From: Gekko japonicus
Taxonomy: Eukaryota
Length of the DNA stretch: 64,000 nt
Assembly (NCBI RefSeq): GCF_001447785.1
Contig: NW_015168046.1
Location: 1,832,411-1,896,410 of the forward strand
Direction of reading: 5' to 3'
Shown here: piece by piece, positions 1 to 12,706 of the stretch
How positions within the stretch are numbered: the stretch's first letter is position 1
Layout of the letters: every line of letters begins with the position of its first letter
The notes under the pieces: generated by a model
What the model was told of the DNA's origin: nothing
Seen by the model: only the letters and a program-made list of their open reading frames with translations
Databases searched by the model: none
Position numbers and translations under genes: made by a program

Positions 1-360
1 ACAAGATGTGACTAATTTAATAGAGTAACCTAGATAACCCCCCTTCCCGTTGCCACCTCGGAACGTATATTCTTTGCAGCAAGGGCAAATGATGACACGT
101 TATCAGAATATACAAAAGTACCGAAAGTCAGTAACAAGATGTGACTAATTTAATAGAGTAACCTAGATAACCCCCCTTCCCGTTGCCACCTCGGAACGTA
201 TATTCTTTGCAGCAAGGGCAAATGATGACACGTTGTAAGAGACGTATCCATCAGTGTCAGATAACAAACATGAGATTGGATCCTCGACTGGGTAAGCACC
301 AAGACCAGATAAAATACCTGCTAAAAATTTAGCCTTCGAACTGGAGTACGGTGGGCAAAA
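1..360 (-). mobile_element. 3'-terminal fragment of a non-L2 LINE (RTE-X-like ORF2 C-terminus plus 3' UTR) with a 133-bp-period tandem duplication
   Basis: The minus-strand peptide FCPPYSSSKAKFL...LLSDTDGYVSYNVSSFALAAKNIR resembles the region after the zinc knuckle in reptile non-LTR RT proteins (recall, not searched). Positions 1-101 are repeated exactly at 134-234. Confidence 0.45.
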
Positions 361-1383
361 TCGGTTCGGGGTTGGGGCTCGGATCGGTTCGGGGTTGGGG
401 CTCCCTCTCCCGGCCTTCGATGGGACGCCTTTGGTGCCAGCGTCGGAGGTTAGGAGTTTGGGGGTGCTCCTGGACTCCTCACTAACGATGGAGGCCCAGG
501 TAGCAGCCACTGCCAAGTCGGCATTTTACCATCTTCGGCTGGCAAGGCAGTTGGTTCCCTTCCTCGACCGGACTGACTTGGCTACGGTGATCCACGCGAC
601 GGTCACCTCAAGGCTAGACTACTGTAACGCTCTCTACATGGGGCTGCCTTTGTCGCAAATTCGGAAGCTGCAACTAGTGCAGAATGCTGCAGCCAGGCTG
701 TTGATGGATCTTCCTAGACGAGATCACATCCAGCCTGTGCTGAAAGCGCTGCACTGGTTGCCAATAGCGTACCGGGTTCGCTTCAAAGTGCTGGTTATCA
801 CCTTTAAAGCCCTATATGGCCAGGGACCAGCCTACCTAAGGGACCGCCTTACCCCACATGTTCCCCCAAGGGCACTACGGTCGGGGAGCCGGAGCCTATT
901 GGAGGTACCGGGCCCCCGGTCCATCAAGTTGACTATGACCCAGAACAGGGCGTTTTCGGTGGCGGCTCCTATCTGGTGGAATGAGCTCCCGGAGGAGATC
1001 AGGGCTCTGCGGGACCTAGGACAGTTCCGCAGAGCCTGTAAGACGGAGCTCTTCCGCCAGGCTTTCGAATAGGAGCCGCCGCCACCACTAGACCACCAAT
1101 GTATCAGCATACTATCGACGCCCGGGAGGACATCTGGATATGGGCATGGACTGCCAAGGCCCTAAATACTCTCTTTTGCATTATGGGCAAGACTGGGACG
1201 CTTAGAGGACCGCCATCTTGGTTTTAGCTAGATCTGTTTTAGATAGGTTATACATTATGATGTAATTTTAATATTTTGTATTTTTTCTACTGTTTTACTG
1301 TTTTATTAATTATATGTTGTTAGCCGCCCTGAGCCTCCGGGGAGGGCGGGGTATAAATACAAATAATAAATAAATAAATAATA
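361..1383 (+). mobile_element. 5'-truncated young L2 LINE (ORF2 C-terminus, 3' UTR, stem-loop, (TAAA)n tail)
   Basis: ORF 395-1072 has L2/CR1-group motifs (RSLGVLLDSSL, SRLDYCNALY, LQLVQNAAARL, LHWLP, RAFSVAAP.WN.LP). The 3' end reads GCCGCCCTGAG...GGGCGGG-TATAAA-(TAAA)n, and CpGs are retained. Confidence 0.92.
395..1072 (+). pseudogene. Uninterrupted L2 ORF2 C-terminal fragment (post-RT domain)
   Basis: 225-aa open frame lacking the EN and RT core, so not a functional gene. Confidence 0.85.
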
Positions 1384-1491
1384 ACTCAGGTTCATTTATC
1401 TGCTCATCTTCCGATGATGTATACACTATTAAGTTTCAACAATGCCATTCTACTCTCTATAACAAACAAATAAGTCCCCACACAAAAGAAT

Positions 1492-1600
1492 GAATCATAG
1501 AATCATAGAGTTGGAAGGGACCTCCAGGGTCATCCAGTCCAACCCCCGCACAATGCAGGAAATTCACAAATACCTTCCCCTCCACACCTGCAGTGACTGC
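1492..1600 (-). mobile_element. CR1 3'-end fragment
   Basis: GAATCATAGAATCATAG octamer tail followed by AGTTGGAAGGGACC...TCCAACCCC, typical of a CR1 3' UTR read in reverse. Confidence 0.8.
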
Positions 1601-3276
1601 TGTTCCACGCACAGACATTAATGACATTAATGGTAAGTTTGACATTAAAAATCAGAATCAGAAAAAAAAACCCAGAAACTAGTGGAAGAACATTTTAATC
1701 TTCCATGACATTCCACTGCTGACATAGGAGTAGCTGTTATCCTACAGAGAAGCTTCAGAGGGAGATTACAACATGAGATTACTGAACTAAAATTAATCAA
1801 GTTCAGGACAATGGACCCTTAAGGATTCTTATCTCATTACAGATACACATTTTCTGCATTTTCCACCTCTGTACATATGTCCCATGTCTAATCAAGCTGG
1901 TTATGTTTTGCAGTGTACTTCTTTATCCTGACTCCAACTGGCCCTTCTTCGTAACACTCTCCTACCTTCAGACCTGGTTGTAATGGTCGATTAATCTTCA
2001 CTCCTATTTGTATCTGATTGAGTGAGCCTTAACTCACAAAACCTTATATCTTGGGAAATTTTGTTGGTCTTTTAAAGTGCACCTAGATTTAAATTTTGTT
2101 CTTCTACTATAGACTAACATAGCTAAGCTGCCCATCTTAAATTATGTTCATTGAAGCACAGGCTCTGTTGAATTAGACCACAAATAACGTTGTCTGGGAC
2201 AATAATGCATTGACATTTTGTAGAGAACATACAAATGATAAAGATTAGCATCCTGGAAAAAAACCCTGAAAAATCACCTGAAGTCTTTATACTTTTGGCT
2301 GCTCAGTTCAGAAGAAACAGCAGCCAATAATGGAAACAAGCCACTGCTCAAGTTCCATTATTTTAATAACTTCCTGGCCATGTTCCAGCCATGTTCATCT
2401 TTTATCTTTTGGAAACATCCTTTTAGTGAAGCAGCCAGAGAGCTGTTGAAATTACCATGATGGACAGGAAGAGACACAGGCTTTAAAGACAGTGCAGGCC
2501 CTTATAATTGTCTTGTGATTTGCTTGCAACCATGCATATTATAAAGGAGGAAGCCACTGTTGTCGTGCAGTGACTTTTTCATCAAGACATGCACTGAAAA
2601 CAAATAAAAGCAATCACAATATGCATATTAGCGAACAACAAATCCAAAAACCATTGCAAAATTGCATTCATACTATGAATGGGAATATACAAATAGAGTT
2701 TTAAGTCTCTAGGTTGAGGCTAGAAACAAAAACAGATGTGGCAAAGGCTTTTTCTAACTACTTACTGGAATTTGGTTGATGTACCAAACCAAGTCCTTGA
2801 TGTTGGGAAAAATGGAAATGTTCCTTTGAAGACATAATAGTGTGGAACCAACAATGGCACAGGAACTTAAAATTACAGGAGGAAATCTTATTAAATGGAA
2901 CAGGGCCAAACAAGTAGCCATTTCCAACAACTTAATCAGCTTAATCACCTGCTCAAAGGACAAGCTGCCAACAAAGGGACTTTCAGAGTAATGATCTTAA
3001 GAACTAAAAAAACCACGTTATATGCTCCTCTTCGGAAAAACCATAAAGGAAAGCAAGTTTGGCATTGCAAGATAAATTGAATTGTCAGCAAACTGATTGT
3101 AAAATCTAAAATGTAGACAATTTTTGCTCACTGAAAATGAAATGTGCCAAGCCATTTGATTAAATATTAAATGCAGGCAGCCCTGTAGCTAGACAATTTT
3201 CGTTGGAGGGGGCACTGGGGAGCATGATGGCACTAATGACATCTCTAAAATAATAAAATTAAAGTAAAGTAAAGAG

Positions 3277-3901
3277 CAGGGCTTTTTTTTTCTGGGGAAA
3301 CATGCCGGAACAGAATTCTGGAACCTCTTCGACAAAATTCTTTCTAAAATGTTCAAAAGTTCATGTTTAAAAGATCATACAAATTGAAAACTTCATTTCC
3401 CCCTTGAGAGTTCCAGGATGTCAGCTAGCTGCCATGTTTCATCCGTATTTGTCCTTTCCTGCCTGTGGCGCGACTGCGCATGCTTGCTCGCTTGCTTTGC
3501 TCACTTGCTGTAAACAACGATAGGGAGGCGCTCATGAGACCGTGCAAACTGGCGCTGCCAGACTGGGTTATCTGACTAACCTTGAGGAGGAGGGAGGGCT
3601 TGCGTTCCACTGTTGGTGAATATTTCTGCTCTCATGGGGCACGGAGACTCTCCCGTTCATTACGTAACCTCCTGCCGGGAGAATTCCCGCGCATGTGCTT
3701 GGATTTCATTTGCTTAGCCAATTGCAGCATCAAGTTATATGTAGTGATGCATCCGCCCCATTGTCATTCCTAGCAATATCCCTGTAGATCATGACAACGG
3801 ACCTGTAGTCTAATAAAGCATAACGATTCCCTGGAAACGTGTGTGGAGATTTACAGCACCTCTTTATTTTATTTTTATTTTTTTTAAAATGCAAAGCCCT
3901 G
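3277..3901. mobile_element. hAT MITE with nested LTR-like insert
   Basis: TIRs CAGGGCTTT...AAAGCCCTG; near-identical 8-bp TSD GTAAAGAG/GTAGAGAG. Confidence 0.75.
3419..3855 (+). mobile_element. Probable solo LTR inside the hAT MITE
   Basis: TG...CA ends and AATAAA at ~3812. The start TGTCAGCTAGCTGCCA matches the reverse-complemented end of LTR 15918-16368. No clean TSD. Confidence 0.55.
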
Positions 3902-6524
3902 GTAGAGAGAGATGTCCAGGCCCAAATTCAGGCAACAAATACTCTTCCCTATTGGCAGCCTCAACTTGCGCCTGTGCCAAAAATAAGGCTGCGCTTTCTG
4001 TGGCTTTTTTGAAGGTGACGTAGGATTTCCCTATTGCCATGGACACCAGAGGGAGGGAAGGGCTGCCACTCCGCAGGGAGAGCATGGCACACTTCTTGTG
4101 CCTCTGCAGAGGAGAGAGGGTTTGCCACTGGCTGGAGGAGGGAGCCTGAAGGTCGTTCCTGTCAGCACTTGTGTGACCACCCCTCAGATGCAGAGGTCTA
4201 GAGCAGGGCACTTGCCACTGGTGGCCACTGGGGTGTGGGACAGCCTGTTCCTCTCTGCATGGAGAGCTGCTGGGCTCCCCTTCAGCACGGGAAGGGGTGT
4301 TTCAGGGATGGTTGCCTTGGCTCCCTGAAGCGCCGCCTCAGTCTTTTTGAAAACCAGGTGCACGACCTGAGCTTGTCTTGCTTCAGTTTGTCTGCCATCC
4401 ACTAGGGTGGGTGGGTCTGGCATCCTCATGGGTTGGAGGCATTGCAGATTTTGGAGGAGCAGCACTCCCACCGCCTCCCTTCCTAGCTGCTGCCCTGAAT
4501 TCAGAAAACAATGTGAATATCTAACCACTGCTGACTTATTGTAAAGACAAAGGTTTGTCAGTTTCCAAGTAGGTTTGTAACTTCAGATCTGACAGCATCT
4601 AGAATCAAGACAGGCCCACAACACCACTCAGGAACTTCCATCAGTAGCTGTATGAGTTGCTATACCGTCCATCTTACAGATGAAAGTAACTTTGTACTCT
4701 TTGCAGAGACTGAGGACGTAACAGCTGAATCCATTCTCATCGTGTTGATTTTACTCCACTTTGTTGCAGAAACTCTGAAAGAATAGGAATGAAATATGAT
4801 GTACACAGAGCCTTTTGGAGTAGGTAAGACAACAGTCACAGCCCTTTGTGTGCTAGGAATTCAAAAGGACAATATATCCTCAAAGCTCCACCAGCACAAT
4901 ATATTTCAACCTATCTGCTGAACTTCAGTTTTGACCCATAAATAAGTGCTGAGCATTGTTGAAAAAGTCTTGCCTTGATTTAAGACCTTGAGTAAAATCA
5001 AGACTTTAATGTGGGACACACCCCTTGAGATGTGGTCTTTTTATACCACTTTTAAAAGCAGGCATTAAGGTCTGCCAGATCCTGAAACCACTCTAATTAC
5101 ATTTAATAAAAAGAGATTTCATATTTGCTGTCACCAGTCAAAAGAGTCTGTCTGCCTTGTTAGTAGTGCTGACACTGCCTGCAAAGGCAACTTTTCTGTG
5201 TTTTATGGGAGTAAAATGTAATCGTATTTTAGCAAAAGGACCCTCATTTGTATTATGCATCATAGAAGGGGAAAAGTAGTTTATCAAGCTCAAACCATGC
5301 AAAACCAGATGTAAGCAATCTGAAACCTTAATCTGCCCTGGTAGCATAAAAAAGCCAACATAGTGAATGACTCAGGGTTGTATTTGAACATATGTGAAAA
5401 GAAATCAGCCTAAAAATATAACCTAAGTCTGATGTCTTTTTCTAGGTTAGCTCTGCTTTATTCGGTCAGCTTCATTACACACCCAGTGACATAAAACCAG
5501 GTGGCAGTTGACACACTAAACTACTCTAAGCAGGTCACAGTCTATTCCAATGTCAATCATTTGCCTGGGGTCAGGAAGGAGAACTAGGCCAGGATTTCAT
5601 TTCCCAAAACATCAGACTTGCTTTAGTTTCTTGTTAGTTTGATTCAGTTTGCACACTATTGGTCATTGTGGTCGCAGATCACCAGCTCTAGCAGCAAAAG
5701 AGTCAAAAGTAGCTGGAGTATGGAAGGAAAGCAGAAACTCCCATGCAAGTGCAAAAGACAAGCCTAGGTGGTCTCTTTGCAAATGCATCTTATTGACAGT
5801 GTGGCAAAAGTTAGCAGGGCCACTTATTAATTAACATTTTCTTTCCCTGCCTCAAGCAATAATAACTTCAGATTTCACAGACAGCACTTCTGAATTAATG
5901 AAAAATGAAGGATTATGCTATATTCTTGAAAACGGGATCATATTTTGGTGGTGTAACTTTTGGTATGATTTAATTAACACACAATTTGCCCTACTTTGTA
6001 AAATCCAAAAGATTCTCGGTAGTAAGTTATAATACATTTAATTGCAAAACTGAAATCTGTGTCTCTAAAAGTCTCTCATGTACATTCAGGAAAAGAGCAA
6101 AACCCACCAAAAAGACAGTCATTCGTTGACTAGAACAACCATGGTTTGTCACCTACCAGCCTTTCTACTGGCTCAAGGGGGAGGTGTAGTCTCCTTTCGA
6201 CTACAGTGGTGATTGTAGAATCCATGTGGACAAAAGCCACAAAGGACAAGGTGCATTGAGGAGGGGAATCAGGCTAAGTTAACCCACTTCCTTCTTGCAC
6301 AAGAGCAAGGATCTAGCCCAATAGATTCTTGATCACCTTCTAGTTGAAAGCTACCTGACTTATTTATCTGGTTTCCAAATTTCTTCAGCAATGGGGCAAA
6401 ATTACATCCCATTTGCCAGCTGCTATTGGCATCTGTACAAAGAGGGTATCATTATGATTAAGACAATTTCATCTCACTAATAAGTGAGCAGTGACTCACG
6501 GAAGCTTATACCCTGCCACAAATT

Positions 6525-6714
6525 TGAGAAACCCAGGTTCAGATCCTTACTCTGCCACGGAAGCTAGCTGAGTGACTTTGGGCCAATCACACACTCTCAG
6601 CCTAACCTCCCTCACAGGGTTGTTGTGAAGATAAAATGGAGGAGAGGAGAAAGATGTAAGCTGCTTTGGGTCTCCATTGGGAGAAAAAGGTAGGATATAA
6701 ATAAAGTAAATAAA
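6525..6714 (+). mobile_element. Older tRNA-derived SINE (Squam3-like), partial
   Basis: GGTTCAGATCC B-box-like motif, CTCAGCCTAACC..CCTCACAGGGTTGTTGTG body, A-rich tail. Confidence 0.65.
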
Positions 6715-6906
6715 TGTGAAGTCCTAATTTTAATATACCCTCCAAATGGAAACCAGTCTGCAGGCAGTCTTACAGCTTCCTCCAAAGAGCTATTGGGTTT
6801 GTAGTGTATGCTAAGAATTCTACATCAGAGATCCTAGGCCCTTGATTTATTAATTTATCTGAAATATTTTTTCTTATGCCTCAGTCAAGTAGGTTTGGGG
6901 TGGCTT

Positions 6907-7121
6907 TAGGGCTGCCAAATCCCCCTGGGGGCGGATTTCCCCCTGCTTTGGAGGCCCGATTTCCGACGCCGCGGAATCGGGCCCCGGGGGAAACCCCACC
7001 CCGGCATCCACGTCAGCCGGATGTGACGTGATGACGCCAGGCACGCTGGGGGCGGGGCACAGGCATTTGAGGGGAAAACTCTATGTCACATTCGGCAGGT
7101 AAAACACATTTGGCAACCCTA
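6907..7121. mobile_element. hAT (Blackjack-like) MITE, CpG-rich
   Basis: TIR TAGGGCTGCCAAAT/ATTTGGCAACCCTA; perfect 8-bp TSD GGTGGCTT. Confidence 0.88.
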
Positions 7122-9276
7122 GGTGGCTTACTCAACATCTGTATGCAGAAACAATAAAAACATAATAAATTGCACAATATAAGCACCACCAATAATAGGA
7201 TATACCTGTAAATATATCTTTAAACAGCATTTTCACAGAAACTGAGGAAATGATGCATCACTTTGCTCGGAAAATGTAATTTGTACTGTAGATATACCTT
7301 TTAAGTTATTTTTCTTGAGAATTATAATGCTCTATGGTTTTACACAGAATCCTACTCAAGTCCATTAAATGGAGCTTATTAGCCACACCATTGGGCCAGA
7401 ACAGGGTTTGATCCAGTGTAAAATTTCTGCTTGCCCTACAGCTTGTGTCTCTGTCATGAATGGAGTATGTTGTATGTTTCCTGCTCCAAATCCTACCATA
7501 CCTGAATGTCAGGAAATACCTTTCAGATAATCTTTTTATTCCTATTTCTATATGTTTGTCTAAAATATCTGCATTCTTTACACCTATGCCAGACCCATCA
7601 AGATAAACATTAACTCTTTATTTCTGTTGAATGGTCACCAATTCAGCTTCATCCTACCACACATTAAGAAACCTCACCCCGACTTCCGGTCTATGGAACA
7701 GCGATGGCGGATGCTCTTCCCATTGTAACCCATTTGGAATTTTTGTTGTCATCACCATACTGCCTATTTTGCTGGTGCAGCAATGCATTTCTACACACAA
7801 CATTGGCACAAGAAAATTGACTGCTATATTGTGCTGGCACAGCACTTGTCCCTTATCTCAGACTCTGGGACACAGTCTGCAGGACAAGGCTGTGAGGCTG
7901 TTGCTGAGAGAAGCTAGAGGATGCCTTGGTGGCCTTGCTGCGAGACAACCTAAATTGGAATATTTATTTCCATTTCTCGTTGCCTTGTTCCAGTGGCTCA
8001 GGGCTGGTTTGAAAGAGAACCCTTCAACTGAAATCAGATTCAAACGGATCCAAACATGACTGTCATGACCATGTGTCAAATGTAATAGCTTTTCAAGTGC
8101 TATTTATGATGAGTCCTCCCCCCAGTGTAAAACATTGGTTTAAATTTTTGAGAGCGGACATTTTTGATTTCACAGCTCTGGCAAAAGTCTCTTATCATTC
8201 TTCAGTGCGGAATGTATTATTCAGGCTTCTCCAAGAAACATTCTTCAGCCTCAACATGGGATTCAGATTTAGGAATAGATTCCCCCAGAGATAATGCTCT
8301 TCATTGATTTACTATAAATTTTAAATCAGCTTCAGAGAACTTCTTTTTTGAGTTTCTGAGGCTGCAGTCCCAAGTGGACTTATGGGGGAGTAAATCCTAT
8401 TTAGCTTAATGGGGTTGGATTTTGAATCAGAATGTTTCTACTTGCACTGTCAGATGGAAAGCATTGGAGGAAGTTGACCATTAAAATACAAAGCATCATT
8501 CCAAAGTAATTGCTGATGAATTGTGTTTCTGTATTTCCTTTGGAGAAACACTTCTCCACTGTGCAAGGTTATATATTTTGGGATCACAGAGTAATTGTAG
8601 CCCAAGAGCATATCAGTTCAAATTATATGCAGGGCATTGTGGCATATGTCATATGAATTCCCTGGTCAAATGCTATCTAATGATGACCTGAATTGGCTCA
8701 GGTTTCTATTTTGCAGAAATGGCAAATTGTGATCATCATTATAATTTATAATTAACAGGCAGCAATGACTTTACATTCAGAATCATAGACATAATCATGT
8801 TTTTACCATAGGAACTTGGAGGCTTTGCCAGTTTCACTGAAATAGATTGCCACTTCAATTAGCTTTCAGAGCATCCACCTATGTCACATTGCTAAGACCT
8901 ATATAAATTAATGCTGCCACACTTCTGGAAGGTTCACAGCCATCACCTATGATCTACTAGTTACTGGTGAAAACCCAGATACCTTACTTTATCACTTGGG
9001 TTCTACACAGAAAATGCGGGGGAAGTTTCAGTGAAATTGTTACTGAAATTAAAATAGCACATATCCTTAATTAACTTTTCTACAGTGTAGTGGGCTTTGT
9101 GAGAAGAATGATAGGGCCCTTATCCAGAAGTTTTACAATCCCTTTCATACAGCATGATTCTATAGAGGTAGGTACTTGCAATATAATATATTTCTGAAAT
9201 TATTAATACAATTCTTAAGGATGAGACAGATAACCACATCCATCAAAAATAGGTTGATGATTGGCTGGGAAGGAGA

Positions 9277-9545
9277 TAGGGTTGCCAACTCCTGGTGGGA
9301 AATTCCTGGAGATGTGAGGGATGGAGCCTGGAGAGGGTGAGGTTTCAGGAGGCGTGGGATCTCAGACAGGTACAAAGCCATAGACTCCACCCTCCGAACC
9401 AACTATTCCCTTCTGGGGAACCATCGTTGCCAATCTCCAGGTGAGGGCTGGAGATCACTCAAAATTACAACTGTTCTTTAGGTAGCAGAGATCAGTTCCT
9501 CTGGAGAAAATGGTAGACTCAGTGTCATTATACCCTGCTGAGGTC
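9277..9545. mobile_element. Fragments of the TAGGGTTGCC hAT MITE family
   Basis: Same body sequence as the copies at 25182, 40252 and 56575. Confidence 0.65.
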
Positions 9546-10030
9546 GCCACAGCAAATTGACACTGAGTGTCCAAGGCCGGGACACCCACCCAGAGCCTCT
9601 TTCTAGAGGCCGTTGTATTTATTTCCACAACAAGCCCTTTTCCTAGTAGTAATATAATACAAATAGCAAGTATGGATGTCTATATGAATCAGTTAATTCA
9701 TGATTACTATAATATTTAGCAGACCGACATAGTGATTTTTATCCACCCACGCATCCCAAGCAGTAAGTTGTTCAACCAACTGTTGGCGGTGTTCGACACT
9801 GTCGACCACCAGTTACTGATCCACTGCCTCACTAATGCTGGGATTCAGGGGTCTGCCTTACAGTGGCTGTCCTCTTTCCTACAAGGTCAGAGACAGAGGG
9901 TCGTTCTAGGGGAGTTATTCAACATCTATATGCGCCCCCTTGTCCAGATTGCCCAGAGGCATGGGCTCAGATGTCACCAACATGCGTATGACACCCAGCT
10001 CTATCTCTTGTTAGGCAGCCAGTCTGAATC

Positions 10031-10672
10031 AAAATAATAATAATAAGAGATTGGATTTATACTCCGCCCTTAACTACCCAAAGGAGTCTCAGAGTGGCTT
10101 ACAAACTCCTTTCCCTTCCCCTCCCCACAACAGACACCCTGTGAGGTAGGTGGGGCTGAGAGAGCTCTGACAGAAACTGCTCTTTTTCAAGAAGAGCTCT
10201 GCCAGATCTATGGCTTACCCAAGGTCATCCAGACAGGTGCAAATGGAGGAGTGGGGAATTGTTAGATCGTGCTAACAAAGACTCGGAGAGTGATTTCAGC
10301 TCAGTGATTCAGCTTTATTGAAGTAGTGAACAAACACTCAAACGCATTCAAAACCAGAACAGATTAACATTGGGAGCTAGGCTCCTTTTAAACATTCCCG
10401 GGCTAACGTAGCCACACCTATTTACAATAATCAACCACAGGATAAAGACCAATGGGAACTCTTCCTGCTTAGGGACCTTGCTTAGCAGTGATTGGTCGCT
10501 TATTCGGAACGACCAATAGGGTGCGAGAGTAGATGGAGCCCTGGCTGGCTCGAAGCTTAACATGGTAAGTGAATTAGACGATTCATGTAATACTTCCAGT
10601 ACATTACAGGAATCAAACCCGGTTCTCCCAGATTAGAGTCCATGCACTTAACCACTACACCAAATTGGCTCT
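10031..10672 (-). mobile_element. Squam3-type tRNA SINE inserted in L2, itself interrupted by a solo LTR
   Basis: Reverse complement begins AGAGCCAATTTGGTGTAGTGGTTAAG and aligns with the copy at 57756-58040. Confidence 0.85.
10260..10608 (-). mobile_element. Solo LTR
   Basis: TGT...ACA ends, perfect 5-bp TSD GGAAT, CCAAT boxes, minus-strand AATAAA. Confidence 0.85.
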
Positions 10673-12706
10673 GGAAGATCTGGACCTAGTATTACAAGCC
10701 ATAGCTGGATGGCCTAGGCTGAGGTGACTGAAATTGAATCCAATGAAGATGGAGGTCCTGTGCCTGAGCTGCAGCAGTCAAGGGTTAGGGATCCCACTAG
10801 TGACCTTCGATGGGGTGCCACTGGTGCTAGCATCAGTGGCTAGGAGTCTGGAAGTGCTCTTGGATGCCTCTTTAACGATGGAGGCCCAGGTAGCAGCCAC
10901 TGCCAAGTTGGCCTTTTAGCATCTTCAGCTGATTAGGCAATTGGTTCTCTTCCTTGAACATGACAACTTGGCAACAGTGATCTATGCAATGGCCACCTCA
11001 AGACTAGACTACTGTAACACTCTCTACGTGGGGCTGCCCTTGTCCCAAATCTGGAAGCTCCAGCTAGTGCAGAATGCAGCAGCCAGGCTGTTATTGGGCC
11101 TCCTTCTTAGAGAGCACATTCAGCCTTCACTGAAAGCACTGCACTGACTACCTATAGCATACTGGGTTTGCTTCAAGGTGCTGGTTCTTACCTATAAAGC
11201 CCTATATGGCCAGGGGCCTGAGGGATCACCTTTCCTCATATGTTACCCAGAGAGTACTGCGGGTCAGGCTCACAGAACCTTCTTCTTCTCCCCCCTGGCA
11301 TGAAAGATGCCAGGCTGGCCACAACCAGGGCTAGAGCCTTTTCCATGGCAGCTCCGCTTTGGTGGAACGAGCTCCCCAAGGACATCAGGGCCCTGCGGGA
11401 TTTATTAAAATTCCGCAGAGGCTTTAAGATGGAGCTCTTCTGCCAAGCATTCAAGAGTCCACACTAAATAATTTACCATCTAGCTGAATACTACGCCCTA
11501 CTCTCCACTCTTGGCCACCGGCTTATACCCATATGAAAGAACTCAGTCCCTAAGGAGCCTGACACCAGCTGCTGTTTTCCCTATGGTGGATGTTAAGACA
11601 GTTCCACTATCTTATGTGAGTTGTTTTTTAAATGGTTTGTTTGATTTTAAAATGTTAAATTATTATATTGTTTTATTGTCTTATTGCTTATAATGCCTAT
11701 AGCCTTGTTAGCCGCCCTGAGCCTGCCCTGATGGGGAGGGCGGGATACAAATCAAATAAATAAATAAATAAACTTTTCCTGTATTGAGAGAGAAAGGAGA
11801 GGATCCTCTTCCACTGCACAAAATGCCAAGCTAGATCTCATGGGCCTTGCATAGCCAAAGTCATGTGGGACGAGTGGCTGTAATAAAGAGGGGAATTAAG
11901 TGAGATTGCATGGGAAAAGCTCACTGAATCCAACCAAAGGACACTTAATTTTTCTTAAGAATCAGCTCCAGTTTCCACCAACTTCCCTCTCGTGATGAAA
12001 CCCACTGAGTTCCCCTGAAATTTTGCTGTTGGGGATCAACAGTCCCTAAGGAATAAAAAGCAAAGTCGAGGTCTGCAATGGGAGAGAGAATTTGACAGAA
12101 ATCACTCCCCTACCCTAACAAAACTTAAGGGCCCTTTGGAGTGTGGTTGCCTGTAGGTCTCAATTTTCCATGTAGTTATAGTATACTACATGTGCTTTTC
12201 CAAGTAGGAAAGAGAAAGTAGTGGTCAAATGGTTGCTTGAGAATTTCAAGCAGTTGCTAAGCACCAGGAGAGATTAAGAAAAAGAGCTAAGTAAGAGTTA
12301 GGCATACAGGCATGTATCCATTTATGTCTCTCTACAAGTCTCCTCCCATTGAAAAGATCTGCATTGGATAGCAATATTTAAAAAGTCATATCATGCAATT
12401 AAAATCATATTGAGGCAAATAAGGCATACAACAGCTAAAACAGAAAAAATTCATAACTAATATATACACCTCAACCTATGCCATTTACTGCTATCTCAAA
12501 AAGAGATCCTATTGTTATCCAATTAACTTAGACATTTCACAAGCTCTCCCTAGTTACTTCTGAGTAGATGCTTTTCTCCTTTAATTGCTGTATTAACAAC
12601 TTTAGTGTAATACTTAATGTTTGTACCTAGAAGGTAATACTAAAGATCAGCAACAAGTGTTAGCACCACATGAACCTGCCTGATACTGAACCAGACCATT
12701 GGCCCA

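Larger units (their letters stand above)
9770..11772 (+). mobile_element. Degraded L2 LINE (RT fragment to (TAAA)n tail) interrupted by a SINE and an LTR
   Basis: Broken ORFs AVFDTVDH...LFNIYMRPL...YDTQLY (RT motifs), plus 10734-11467 matching the L2 C-terminus; tail at 11705-11772. Confidence 0.88.

Noticed and set aside
1-360. Possible endogenous viral fragment
   Set aside because: The minus-strand peptide looks more like a LINE ORF2 C-terminus; no viral motif recognised.
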